A stretch of DNA of 62,637 nucleotides, filler included, from Trichosphaerium sp. ATCC 40318 (lineage: Eukaryota; Protista; Tubulinea): the NCBI GenBank assembly GCA_038496445.1. It is 3 parts of 3 records of this genome, joined end to end, with 100 filler letters (N's around TTAATTAATTAA, not from the genome) between each part and the next. Parts side by side here need not be neighbours in the genome. Positions count along the whole stretch, not along the records: positions 22,269 to 48,581 come from JALMLS010000409.1; 2 more parts are not named here. One strand, 5' to 3'. Of this stretch, positions 26,437-38,169 are shown piece after piece; position 1 is the first letter of the stretch, and every line of letters starts with the position of its first letter. A program made the translations under genes and the position numbers. A model generated the notes under the pieces. The model was not told where the DNA came from. It made no database searches and was given only the letters and a program-made list of their open reading frames with translations.

Positions 26437-29086
26437 ATGAGTTTGGCAACATCAAGCGTAGTCTTTACGCTACTTCTTGCACTATCATACGCAACAAACA
26501 TCGTCAATATACCAGGGTTAGGTATAGTAGAAGGAACGTCCGATGATACCCATAGAGCGTTCAAAGTACGCTTTTAAGCAAATTAGAATGTTATGTTTTA
26601 ATTTCACTTCTAGGGCATTCCTTTCGCGGAGCCACCTGTAGGAGACCTAAGATGGGCTGATCCAGAACCTGGTATAGCGTGGCAACCAAAAATATGGAAT
26701 GCGTCGTATTTTAGGCCAGGTTGTCCTCAATCTTGTGTATTACCTCCACGTGCGTTAGTTCTAAGCGTATTTGTTTTAATACTTCAAACAGACACGTGCC
26801 CTCAGGTTACGAGCGAAGATTGTCTTTATTTAAACATCTATACGCCTTTAAATATCCAAGGGAAAGCTTCTGTGATGATATGGCTACCTGGTGGCGATTT
26901 TAAACAAGTAAGTTTTGCTTTATTTAGAACTCTGCATTGCGGTTTTTGGTAATGTTCTTTTTGATCAGGGCACAGCCGGTTCGGCACTTTATGATGGTAG
27001 ATTTATTGTAAATACTACTGGAGTTATTGTAGTGACCTCCAATTATAGATTGGGCGCGTTAGGATGGATAGCAACTAAGAAAGCGCTCAAGGTATGTAAA
27101 ATAATTGTGGTTGGTGCAAAAATATTAAGAAGAATTAGGGAAATTACGGATTCCGTGATCAAAGACTTGCGATACAGTGGGTTATAAAGGTAATGCTTAT
27201 ATGCTAGTATCCTGTTTTAATCGAACCAAAGAATATTGAAGCTTTTGGCGGGAACCCACAAGACATTACACTCGCTGGACAGAGTGCAGGTATGATTTAT
27301 CTTTCTTGATTTTTTATTCACTTTAACTATCAGGTGCTGCGTCAACAGCTGCCCATTTAGTATCCCCTTACTCTAGAGGACTATTTCAGAAAGCTATTGT
27401 CATGAGTAACCCTGCTACTTTACCTATGAAGTACGATTCATCGTAGTTTTACAATTAAGAATTAAATGAGAATTGACTTTTTGTTGAAGGCCATTATCTC
27501 GTATTCAGGAGGATGGTGTAACTTTTCTGGACTATCTAAAGTGTAGTGATGATATTGAATGCTTGCGTGGAAAGCATGTTGATGATATTGTCGCAGCTGA
27601 AGTAAAATTTCAAAAGGATGTTTACCATGACTTGACTCACATTCTTGAGTTGTTTTTACCTTGGACAGTTGCCGGTAAGGGTTTTTTCTTTCAAGTCATG
27701 TCTGACTTTATTTTCAGTTGATGGGGATGAGTTACCAGAAGATCCTTACTATGCGTTCCAATCAGGAAAATATCATAAGATTCCAACTATTATTGGTGAT
27801 GTTAGCGAAGAAGCAGTTCCTTTTATTTACTTGGTAATGCAGTTTTCATTTAACTTGTTTATTTTGAACCTCGCGTATTCTACAACCCATCAATTTTTAT
27901 CAAAGACAACTCACATCTAGTACTACGTTGTGTTTAACTAGCGCGTTTTGAACTTTCCTTTTAACACAAGAATTAGGCTCTGAATTTTTCTGTTAGTGAT
28001 GTTGATGTACGTCTATCTTTTTTAAACTTGAAGTCTTACCCTTGTAAGTATGTCGGTGGTTTGACAGCAATATTTGGATCGGATGCTTTAAGAGTTTTAG
28101 AGTACTTCCCTCCAGAACCTGTCGTAGGAGATAAGAGACCACAACTTATTAATCTTGGTACTGATTATATTTTTGCTTGTTCGCAACAAAGTGTAACAAG
28201 TACATTGGCTTCTCGCTCTCCTGGTCAAGTATACTTCTACGAGGTAATAGTTAGTTGAAAAACATACTCTTAACAGCGTATTTTAGTATAATCATGCTCT
28301 GTCATTCGACGCATGGGGTCCAAGGTGCGTGCACTGTTTTTTTCTTGAAAAAACAGATAAAACTGGATTGAACTTTTGAGAACACGTGATTTCTGTTTCT
28401 CTTTTGTTTTGAACGTTTGTTTTTGTATTTTGTGTTTATTTTTTTTACAATCGGTATGCTGTAGCTTTTGGATCAATCAAAAATCGTTCATTTACTAGAT
28501 ATTGTTGATCAATCCGCACTTTTTTTTTATTGATTGAAATACGGATAGACATCGTTGTTTATCAATCTAAAAAGCAATCTTTTTTGATTGAAATATAAAG
28601 TAAGCGTTTGTAGGTATGCTCATTGTAGAGGTCACGTTTGTCATGGAGCAGAGCTCCCTATTCTATTTGTACGTATTCATATAGTTGACTATTCTTATGT
28701 GTTTCTATAGCATAGTGCTGAGCTTATTCCATCCGCTGGATTTAAATTCACAAAGGAAGAGGATGCCCTTTCAAAGTACGAACAGAGTAATTTCTTGTTA
28801 TGGAGAACCAATTGTTGATTGATTTTACGTAGGAACATGGTTACATATTTGGGCAATTTCATAAGGACTGGTAACCCAAACAAACCCATGCCTGTCAAGG
28901 CAGAATGGCCTTTATTCAATGAAGGTCAGAGACCAGCTATAGTATTCGAAGCACCAGAAGTAACTGTTACAACAAGTAAGCTTTAGTAAAACATTCATTT
29001 CCTTTCTAATTTGTTTCCGTTCAGACTGGAAGAGTGGAACGTGCAAAGATCTCTTTGATAAAATAGGGTATCACCACGGTTACTGA
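26437..29086 (+). CDS. Secreted type-B carboxylesterase
   Basis: Signal peptide; GIPFAEPPVGDLRW, SEDCLYLNIY, NYRLGALG, GNYGFRDQ, FGGNP..ITLAGQSAG, CHGAELP. Confidence 0.93.
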
Positions 29087-29320
29087 TACAAGTTTTGCCA
29101 ATAAAAGACTTGTCCAAGTAGTTCTTCGTTAGCAATATTGAAATGCCTGTACATCTGCTACCACCTAAGAAAACGAATTGAACAAGGATGATTTTACTTT
29201 CTATTCTAAATCTTAAACAGTACCTCTAGACTGAAACACATACGGTGCTATTACGATAAGTATATCGTACTAGTTAGTAATACCTTATACGGGGCTGTAA
29301 TTGCTTTCAAAGAGTTTTAT

Positions 29321-30684
29321 TTATGATAGCATCTTTAGTCTGCTTACAACACAATTCTCACAAAGACAAATACGAGTACAATTTTGAACCTTAATCGAAG
29401 CACTATGTATCATCGTCTTCTCTCCATTCTCGTAAGTCAAGTGAGCAAGAAACTCGCCAAACCTATTCCACTCCTTGTACTCTCCGTGTAGTTTTCCTTT
29501 GACATAGTGAGTTTCAAGGAGTATTCTTCCATCTTCATCCCAGTGATGATAAGGACCGTCAAGCTCGTCGTTTGAGTATGTATTCAGAAATTCTAATTGA
29601 CCGTTTTCAAACCATGTCTTGAGCTCTCCTCCTTTTTTGTCATTGATAAACGTGCATTCGGCTTTCTGTTGACCACGTGCACACCATTTCTTGAAGACAC
29701 CTTCTTTTTTGTTGCTGATATACATAGTTTCTTCCTTCAATTGGCCGTTATCATGCCATTGTTTGAGTTCTCCTTCTGGCTTGCCATTGACGTAATGACA
29801 TCTCATTGCCAGCCGACCATTTTGATGCCAACGATTGTACTCTCCTATGTACTTTCCATCCTCACATGTATAGTGTTCTTTAAGTTGACCATTGTCGTAC
29901 CATGACTGGTACTCTCCTTGTTTTTTATCGTTGACATAAAAGCACTTAATCCATAGATTGTTATTGTCATGATAAGCCTTATAATCTCCGTCTTTCAGGT
30001 CATCGACATAGTGACAGTGCTCCTTTAACTGTCCGGTCTCAATCCACATCTTAAACTCTCCGTTCATTTTATCGTCAACGTGATTAGAGTGTGCGAATAT
30101 TTGTCCGTTCTCATACCAAACCTTCATCTCTCCATTACGTTTTTCATTCAAGAAAAACCTTTGACTTTGGAGTTGACCATTTTCGAACCACTGTTTTGAT
30201 TCTCCTTGGATTAAATCATTGATACAGAAACAGAACTCCCTCAATTGTCCGTTTTCATGCCACTCCTTGTACTCTCCTTCGATGTGTTCATCGATAATAG
30301 TCCACTGAGCTTCAAGTTGACCGTTTTCATGCCATTTCTTGTACTCGCCGTGTTCTTGACCATGAACAAAGTATTGTTGATGGTTAAGTAGAAGAGTTGA
30401 GATAGCAGCATCATCTGGCTGAGTTAAAGTAAAACTACGCCATTTTCCATGTTTTTCGAAATTCTCGTCAAATCTTGTTGTAATGGCTGTATACTTTGAA
30501 AGGAGAGGCCATTTAGTGTAAACTTCTGGATCTTGATCGATAATATCAAGTTGAAGTTCAAGAGGAAGATTGAGGATAAGATTGATAACACAATCAGAAT
30601 TTGTAGTTTTTTGCTATTTTTACCAATCAGTTAACAGTAGTGTTTCGTAAGCTGTACCTTTTTGAGTGGTGATGAAGTATACAT
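29321..30684 (-). CDS. F-box-like + MORN-variant repeat protein (paralog of 4647-5655)
   Basis: ATG 30684 (MYTSSPLKK), short 5' intron, LILNLPLELQLDII...WPLLSK, then >12 GEYKEWHENGQL-type 24-aa repeats in one exon. Confidence 0.85.
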
Positions 30685-31985
30685 GTTTATTGATTTTGTA
30701 AGGGTTGAGATTTGTTGTGATGCTCGTGTGATGATTAAAATATGATTTTTTTTGAGTTTTCTATAGAAATATCAATCAGGGATTTGATGGGAAAATCAAC
30801 CTAATTAGGAAGAATTTCTATCAAGACAGAAATTATACCTTACGATTTCAATCAGTGTTTAGTATTGTAATATTATATCCTTCATAACACCTAGCTACGA
30901 CAATTAGAAAAATCAATCATGTTGTCAATCATTTAGGCGTATTTGACTTTGGTTGAATTTTACCATGAGAAAAGAGTAAATTGCTCAAATAATAACTACC
31001 TTCTATGTAACGATATTCAGATTTCCTCAATGCATTGTAAAATTGGCACTTGTATTTTTTTCCGTAACAAACTTTTTTATAATCAACATGCAACTCCAAT
31101 GTTACATTCACTTAGTGTTCGAAGAACCAATGGTGGCTGTTGAGGCCTCCTTGTCAGGTACTAAACCTTTTTTTTGGCGAACCTAAGCCTTCAACTGATA
31201 AGGGTCCCTTGCAATAGTGTGCTAAACCCAGAAGACGGAAAATGCAATAAACGACAATATCCTACAATGTTGAAATGAAGGCCTGTATACCGCTGTCATA
31301 TGCTTATTATCCTCAATGAGAAGAGCTCCTCATCATTACTTGGTCATTACTTAGTCACGTGACTGTAAAGAGTGAAGAATATTTGAAAAACTTAGAACAT
31401 GACAAGTCGCAAGTTGATTCTATCGGGTGAGATATCATTTGACGTTAGATTGCCAATTGTCAATATAAGGGAGACGCGCTTGGGAGGAAACACACTCACT
31501 TTTTGGTGGCTCTAGTGTAGCGAGCGGATTTATTCTACATTTAAGAACACTCGTATGATTGCAAATGTGTTTGAAGGAAAAAATAAAAATAATGTTGTAC
31601 ATAAAAAAGAAAAAGGATTGTAGGGTGAGGGGATGTTTTGATTGCTACTCGCCATTGTCGTTGTTGCCTATTGTGTCCTTCGATATTAATAGTCTTGTTC
31701 AGTCCAACCAAACGCTTGAAATGTTCCACATCTTCATTCATTACAAAATCAAAAACTGCAGTTTTTTTGGTGCACTGAACCATGATTTCAGAGAAAAAAC
31801 AAAGCAAATCTTGTAGATTGTCCGAGTTTCCCCGATATCCTAGATAATTTTGCAATAGCCGTATTATTTTGTTTGGGTATCACATAAACCAAACAACAAC
31901 ACGTGGTGAGCTATGACGTGATATACACTTAAAACATTAAGCCGTTATTTTTTGAGCAGAAAAGTTCAAAACAAATACAACAACA

Positions 31986-34342
31986 ATGTGGAAGCTCGCA
32001 CTCATTGGTAAGATACAAAAGGGTTATATTAACAACTTATTTTCGATAGTTCTACTAGTTAATGCCGTTTTCTGCTATGATAAACAGTACTGGGATAACG
32101 TACATGAGTTTGAAGTCGTCACTTCGAGTGCGAACACTACGGTGTATTTGTATCTCAAGACCTAATTTTTGGTAGTTGATTTATCACTTTCAACAAAACG
32201 AAGCGCTGAAGGAGTTCATATCTTAAAAGTGAACAAAAGTAGTGGTAACATGACAGTTGAATGCATCAAAGATTCGCCGTTCAGTGTTGATTCTAGGGTA
32301 CTTTTTTTTTATCTTTTTTTTTTCTCATGAGACTTTTAAGATTATCTTGGGTACAGGAAACAGCACGAAGTATATTCCTGTTCCTTCAAAGACCTTCAAA
32401 TCTATCAATGACAATTACAGATTCCGGTTTATGGCTCATAAAGATGGAACAATAGAAGGTATTCTATTTGTTGATGATGAAATGCTTGTCATTGAACCAG
32501 CGAAAAAGTAAGTTCTCGTTCAACGTACTTGTTGTGCGTAGTCTCATACTAACAACCGTTTGCTATTTAGACACATTGAATACATGTCACCACATCATTT
32601 ACAAAAACTTGGTTCAGCCACTCACGTGATTCTCACGTACGAAAAGTCAATTTTCTGTTTTTCTTTGTTTTTTCTTTTACTTTAAAGCATTTCTAATTTT
32701 CTTCTTTAATTAACAGGCCGAACAATTTAAAACGCAAACAGTCAATCGGTTGTGATTTATGTAACGAAAGAATTCGTTTTAACAAGCATCAACACAAGCG
32801 TTCAAGAAGGTTTGGACATTTGTTTCTTTTCGCACTCGACCTCTACTAACTTTGTAAAGATCTTACCCTATGGGAGATAGAACACCACTAGTGCCTCCGC
32901 CTGATAATTGTCCATCTTCATTAAGGGTTCTCCGTATGGTACAATAAATATTTATTAAATACTGTATCATTAAAAGTCCCAAAAGGTTGCAGTTGTTGAT
33001 GAAAGTCTTTTCGATGATAGAGGTGTTGACGGTTCAGTTGACTATGTTACAAATAGTACGTCAATCAGTGCTATTTTAAATGTGTTCTAAATCAGTGTTT
33101 TTTGTTAGACATTCATGGCGTAAATGCAATATACAATGAAGAACTTGTAAGTGTATTTTTTGTAATCAAAAACTTTATGAGTGTGCAGTGTACTTATTCT
33201 CATTTCAAAGAATGTAAAACTTGTCGTTTCAGAACTATTAATAATGGAAGACCGTGATGACCATTGTACGTGGAAGAACAATTTCATACTGCAAGAAAAT
33301 ATCTGTTGTAACCTTTTTTTTTTTAGCTGCTAATTGGACTTGCAAGAACAGAGGTCAAATACTCGATAATCTTAATTCGTGGGTATACAATAGATATCCA
33401 TATGGTGACGATGGTCGCGAAGAAGCGTTCGTGTTACTTTATCACAACTGCGATCCGGGAAAGGCATTAGGATCAGCCACACTAGGTCGTATGTGTTCCC
33501 AAGTCGATTTTGGAGCAGAAGTCACTCAACGAAGTGACACTCGTAAAAGAGTTATTTTGACTGCACATGAAATTGGGCATCTTCTGAATATGGAACACGA
33601 CCCAGATAAATCTGGTATCATGAAATCAACCATACCTACAAACAAGTAATGTCTCAGATGGACCTTCTATTTGACTTATCATTTTTTTTCCAGTTTAAAC
33701 AAATGGCTCAGGTTTTCGAGGCACAGTCAAGCCCAGGGATGTGGTAAGCTTAGCGGAATTGACTCTTGTCTTTCCTATACACACACAGAAAAGGTATATA
33801 CCATGAGAAAGGAGAATGCACTTGGGTATGCTTTGACAGCACAGAAGCAGCCAAATGCAAACAACAATAATGTGTATCTGTACAAATACAATGATGAAAA
33901 CGAAAATCAGCACTGGGTTGAAACAAAACATGAAAAATATTACATGTACCGCAAGCGATATACAAAATATTGTCTCGATGGAGGAACTGGTGCTGCAGAT
34001 AAACAGTAAGGGCTCTTATCGAAAGAAAACAATGCTTATTGTTACATTTTTTTCCAGGAACTTGAAGCTTATTGAGTGTGATCAAGATAACGAAAACCAA
34101 CATTGGGAGAGGTCCTTAGTATCTGGTAAAGCATTTACGTATAGATTAAAAAAGCGTGACCTTCGTTACTCTATTGATGGTAATAATGGAGGATCAAACA
34201 ACCAGTACACGCCAACTTTTTTTAATTCCTATAATGACTTTCAGTTGTTAACTGTGTATTTTACAGGAATGTGTATTTGTATACATATGGAACAAATAAC
34301 CACAATCAACAATGGAAATTTGAGAAACCTCCAACAGCTTAG
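31986..34342 (+). CDS. Secreted M12B (reprolysin/ADAM-like) zinc metalloprotease with C-terminal ricin-B lectin repeats
   Basis: Signal peptide; TAHEIGHLLNMEHD plus GIM Met-turn; NQHW/NQHW/NQQW and YCLDG ricin motifs. Confidence 0.88.
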
Positions 34343-34827
34343 GATCGGGTTGTTAACATGACCATAATAAAAAATAAAAACAAAAACTTACCGAAACTGC
34401 CTGTAAAGGCACCTACATTAGTTTGAGTACCTAGCATTACAAACAATGGTTGTAATTATTTTGAGGCCTTGACCTAGAACAAACTCAATTGAATAGTAAT
34501 GCCGTGTCTTGTATTCTCATGTAATGCAAGGCAAACATGCAATCACGAATGTAGAAAAGCGTAATAGACAGGAACTATTTAGAAAGCCCCCTTTTAGGGT
34601 CGTGGGGTGGGGCAGAGTCTACCGGCGACTGAGCGCCATAACCCAGTTGCTCCCTTTGTGGCGAACAGTTCATAACTTTTTTTCTACATTTTAGTACACC
34701 GTTTGTTATTTTTGACCGCAGTATCACGTGACTTAAATTCGTAATAAAACAGCTGTTATACTTACTTTCAACGTTGTGGGTTCCTCCATCACAGCTAGCT
34801 GTTATTAATTAGACAAATATAGACGAT

Positions 34828-36405
34828 ATGATGCTTTCTACCTCAAAGGGTTGTAGAATTGACAGTACCACCAGCACAAGTTTGCTACAGCTACCGACCG
34901 AGATATTAGCGCATATCTTACGCCAAACGACCAAATCGCGATTTGCAGCTTGTCAGACATGTCATTTGCTTGCTTCTATTATTCACGATATTATTGGATA
35001 CCACGCTATTACGATTAAAACGCCAACTCAAGCAAAATCAGCTGTAAAACATCCTGGGATTCTTAAATACACAAAAATCTCAGTACCTTATTTTTATGAC
35101 AACACTGTCAAAGCACTTGCTGGAGTTCGTACTATTTCCCTCAATAACACTTCAGTAACTGACGAAGGCGTTAAAGCACTTGCTGGTGTCCATACTATTG
35201 ACCTTTGTCGCACTTCAGTAACTGATGAAGGCGTTAAAGCACTGAAGGGTGTCCATGCTATTGACCTTTGTCGCACTTCAGTAACTGACGAAGGCGTTAT
35301 AGCACTGAAGGGTGTCCATACTATTGACCTTTGTCGCACTTCAGCAACTGACGAAGGCGTTAAAGCACTTGCTGGTGTCCATACTATTGATCTTTGTCAC
35401 ACTTCAGTAACTGATGAAGGCGTTAAAGCACTCGCTGGAGTTCATACCATTCGCCTCAATTTCACTTCAGTAACTAATGAAGGTATTAAAGCACTTGCTG
35501 GAGTTCATACTATTGACCTTTGTCACACTTCAGTAACTGATGAAGGCGTTAAAGCACTTGCCGGAGTTCATACTATTCGCCTCAATGGCACTCCAGTAAC
35601 TGATGAAGGTATTAAAGCACTTGCTGGAGTTCATACTATATCCCTCTATAACACTCCAGTAACTGATGAAGGCATTAAAGCACTTGGTGGAGTTCATACC
35701 ATTGACCTAGCTCGCACTTCGGTTACTGATAAAGGTATTAAAGCACTGAAGGGAGTTCATACTATATCCCTCTATAGCACTTCAGTAACTGATGAAGGTA
35801 TTAAAGCACTTGTTGGTGTTCATACTATTCACGTTGCTAACACTTCAGTGACTGATGAAGGTATTAAAGCACTGAAGGGAGTTCATACTATTTCCCTCAT
35901 AAGCACTTCAGTAACTGATGAAGGCGTTAAAGCACTCGCTGGAGTTCATACTATTCGCCTCAATGGCACTTCAGTAACTGATGAAGGTATTAAAGCACTT
36001 GGTGGAGTTCATACTATTGGCCTTTGTCGCACTTCGGTTACTGATAAAGGTATTAAAGCGCTTGCTGGAGTTCATACTATTTTCCTCACAAACACTTCAG
36101 TTACTGATGAAGGCATTAAAGCACTTGCTGGAGTTCATACAATTGACCTTGATAACACTTTAACAACTGATGAAGGCGCTAGAGCACTCGCTGGAGTTCA
36201 TAAGATTAACCTCAAAAATACTTCAGTTACTGATGAAGGTATTAAAGCACTTGCTGGAGTTCATACTATTAACCTCAATAACACTTCAGTAACTGACGAA
36301 GGCATTAAAGCACTTGTTGGAGTTCATAAGATTCACCTCACAAACACTTCAGTTACTGATGAAGGTATTAAAGCACTTATTGGGGCAAAAATACATAGTT
36401 TTTAA
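34828..36405 (+). CDS. F-box + tandem 21-aa leucine-rich repeat protein (intronless)
   Basis: SLLQLPTEILAHIL F-box-like motif; 20 units of VHTIxLxxTSVTDEGIKALAG. Confidence 0.92.
   Translation: MMLSTSKGCRIDSTTSTSLLQLPTEILAHILRQTTKSRFAACQTCHLLASIIHDIIGYHAITIKTPTQAKSAVKHPGILKYTKISVPYFYDNTVKALAGVRTISLNNTSVTDEGVKALAGVHTIDLCRTSVTDEGVKALKGVHAIDLCRTSVTDEGVIALKGVHTIDLCRTSATDEGVKALAGVHTIDLCHTSVTDEGVKALAGVHTIRLNFTSVTNEGIKALAGVHTIDLCHTSVTDEGVKALAGVHTIRLNGTPVTDEGIKALAGVHTISLYNTPVTDEGIKALGGVHTIDLARTSVTDKGIKALKGVHTISLYSTSVTDEGIKALVGVHTIHVANTSVTDEGIKALKGVHTISLISTSVTDEGVKALAGVHTIRLNGTSVTDEGIKALGGVHTIGLCRTSVTDKGIKALAGVHTIFLTNTSVTDEGIKALAGVHTIDLDNTLTTDEGARALAGVHKINLKNTSVTDEGIKALAGVHTINLNNTSVTDEGIKALVGVHKIHLTNTSVTDEGIKALIGAKIHSF
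35124..36385 (+). repeat. Coding tandem array, ~20 x 63-bp units
   Basis: Recurrent acttcagtaactgatgaaggYRttaaagcacttgctggagttcatactatt framework. Confidence 0.95.
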
Positions 36406-36498
36406 CTACATATGTAAAGTTACAGTAAATGGGGCAAGTTTGTGTATTTAATAAGCACTAGTTAGAGTTATTGCACTTTGTCTCCTCTTTTCTATCAA

Positions 36499-36982
36499 CT
36501 AACCGACTGTAGACAAAGGAAATTTGTTGATGGGATGTCCACCACGTTCTGTATCACCTAGAAACGTTTGAAATAATAAATAACAGCGTTCTACATCACC
36601 TTCTTGCTTCAATAACCTTAAGCGGAACAACCTTGGATTGGCTTTTGCGTTTCTTACAACAATACGAACTGTGTAGTTTATATCGCTTAGTATTGGTTCG
36701 TGTCGCATGAACAAGTTTGACAAGAATCTCACTGCGTTGCTGTACTCATCCACCTACAACACCATTAGCGAAGAATTTATAAAAATAGCAGAAGTCGTAG
36801 GTGCCAACATGCTACCTCAGTACTGATCCATCGATATTATTTCAAACGTTTCTAGATTATACAGAACGTGGTGGACATTCATTAATTAGTACTCATTAAC
36901 AAATCAACCTTGTATATACCATCTTAGGTTTATAATGTACCGAGCTGATGGCCATTATTTCGCTTTTGGCTGGTGATGTCAT
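36499..36982 (-). CDS. Small multi-exon hypothetical protein
   Basis: ATG 36982, GT-AG introns and an 84-aa ORF block; no family recognised. Confidence 0.35.
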
Positions 36983-37058
36983 CAGTTTTTTTTCCGTTTA
37001 CTTTAAGCCTCCTATCGACGTTTTAAGGTATTGACTACCAAACAGTACTTAGCTTCTT

Positions 37059-37298
37059 TTGACAGATTTTGAAATAATGACAAAGAGTATTAACCTCGGA
37101 TCAATGAGTTCTGTCACTGACGAGCATCTTAAACAACTCTCAGGATGTGGTATTAAAAATATCTGTCTACGTTGTACAAAGGTGAGCGATGAAGGTGTGA
37201 GGGCTTTATCTGGTATTCATACAATTGATCTTACATCAACTTCAGTAGCTTTGATGTCCACCGCGAAATATGATGAACTCAATTCACATATTTTGTAA
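37059..37298 (+). pseudogene. Fragment of the LRR family (2-3 repeats)
   Basis: VTDEHLKQLSG, TKVSDEGVRALSGIHTIDLTSTSV. Confidence 0.65.
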
Positions 37299-38169
37299 AA
37301 GTGTCCTTATAGCAGGCAAGGAGCAAGGTTTTTTCTAGTGCAACAAGAAAGCTCCTACAACAACCCAACCATCAGATTCGATCACCTTGCGCCAGGCGTT
37401 CAAGTAGCACTCCGCCAAAGGAGGCAGAAAAAAATTATGCAGGTCTCGCTTTGCAACGCTAAAAATACCACGTAAACTGTGGCACACTTCTTTTAAAAGC
37501 CGTCTAGCCTTACAGGCATTGTCTCCGATGTAAATGAGACCTTCGTCAGGGATTTCAACAGTTTTTATGTGTTCACAGCACCAAGTAAGAGCACTACCAA
37601 AAATTAGGAAAAGAAAACGAAAGATAACCGAAAAAAAAATAAAAGCTGGTATTACGTAACTCACTACTAGTGATTTTTTTCTGCCCTGAGAAGAAGAAAA
37701 AGTTAGTTTGGTGTCTGTTGGTAGCAATCCAGATGGGTTGCTCAACAATTACAAGACCAAACACTACCTACCTGGATTTTTTGATGCGGAAACACGTGAC
37801 TTTAATCATAAACTGAAACCAGGAGATAGACATACTTTTCAAATAACATTACTGTTTGACAATAATACAAACGGATTTGGATACCCTCAGGTACCTTATC
37901 ATGGTACAATATCTCTTTTGGGCAAAATGTCTGAAGTTTATGTTGCCTGCAATGAAACACCAGAAGTGTTTCCTCTTCAAGTATTTGTAAATGTCTATGC
38001 TTTGAGGGAGCCACAAAAAGGTCATTTTGGTACTTGTTTGCACATTGTTCAGTAGTTACAAGCAATGTTGTAAACCTTACAATGTACAAGACATCAAAAT
38101 AAATGTTTTTCAACCGTTACACAATACTGGCTTTGAATGTTGTACAAACGTTCCAAAATCTACCTGCTC

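Noticed and set aside
29597-29905. Antisense and alternate-frame ORFs over the MORN and LRR repeats (also 35094, 35981)
   Set aside because: Shadows of repetitive coding sequence
37335-38055. Overlapping 137-aa (-) and 115-aa (+) ORFs
   Set aside because: No recognisable motifs or confident gene model
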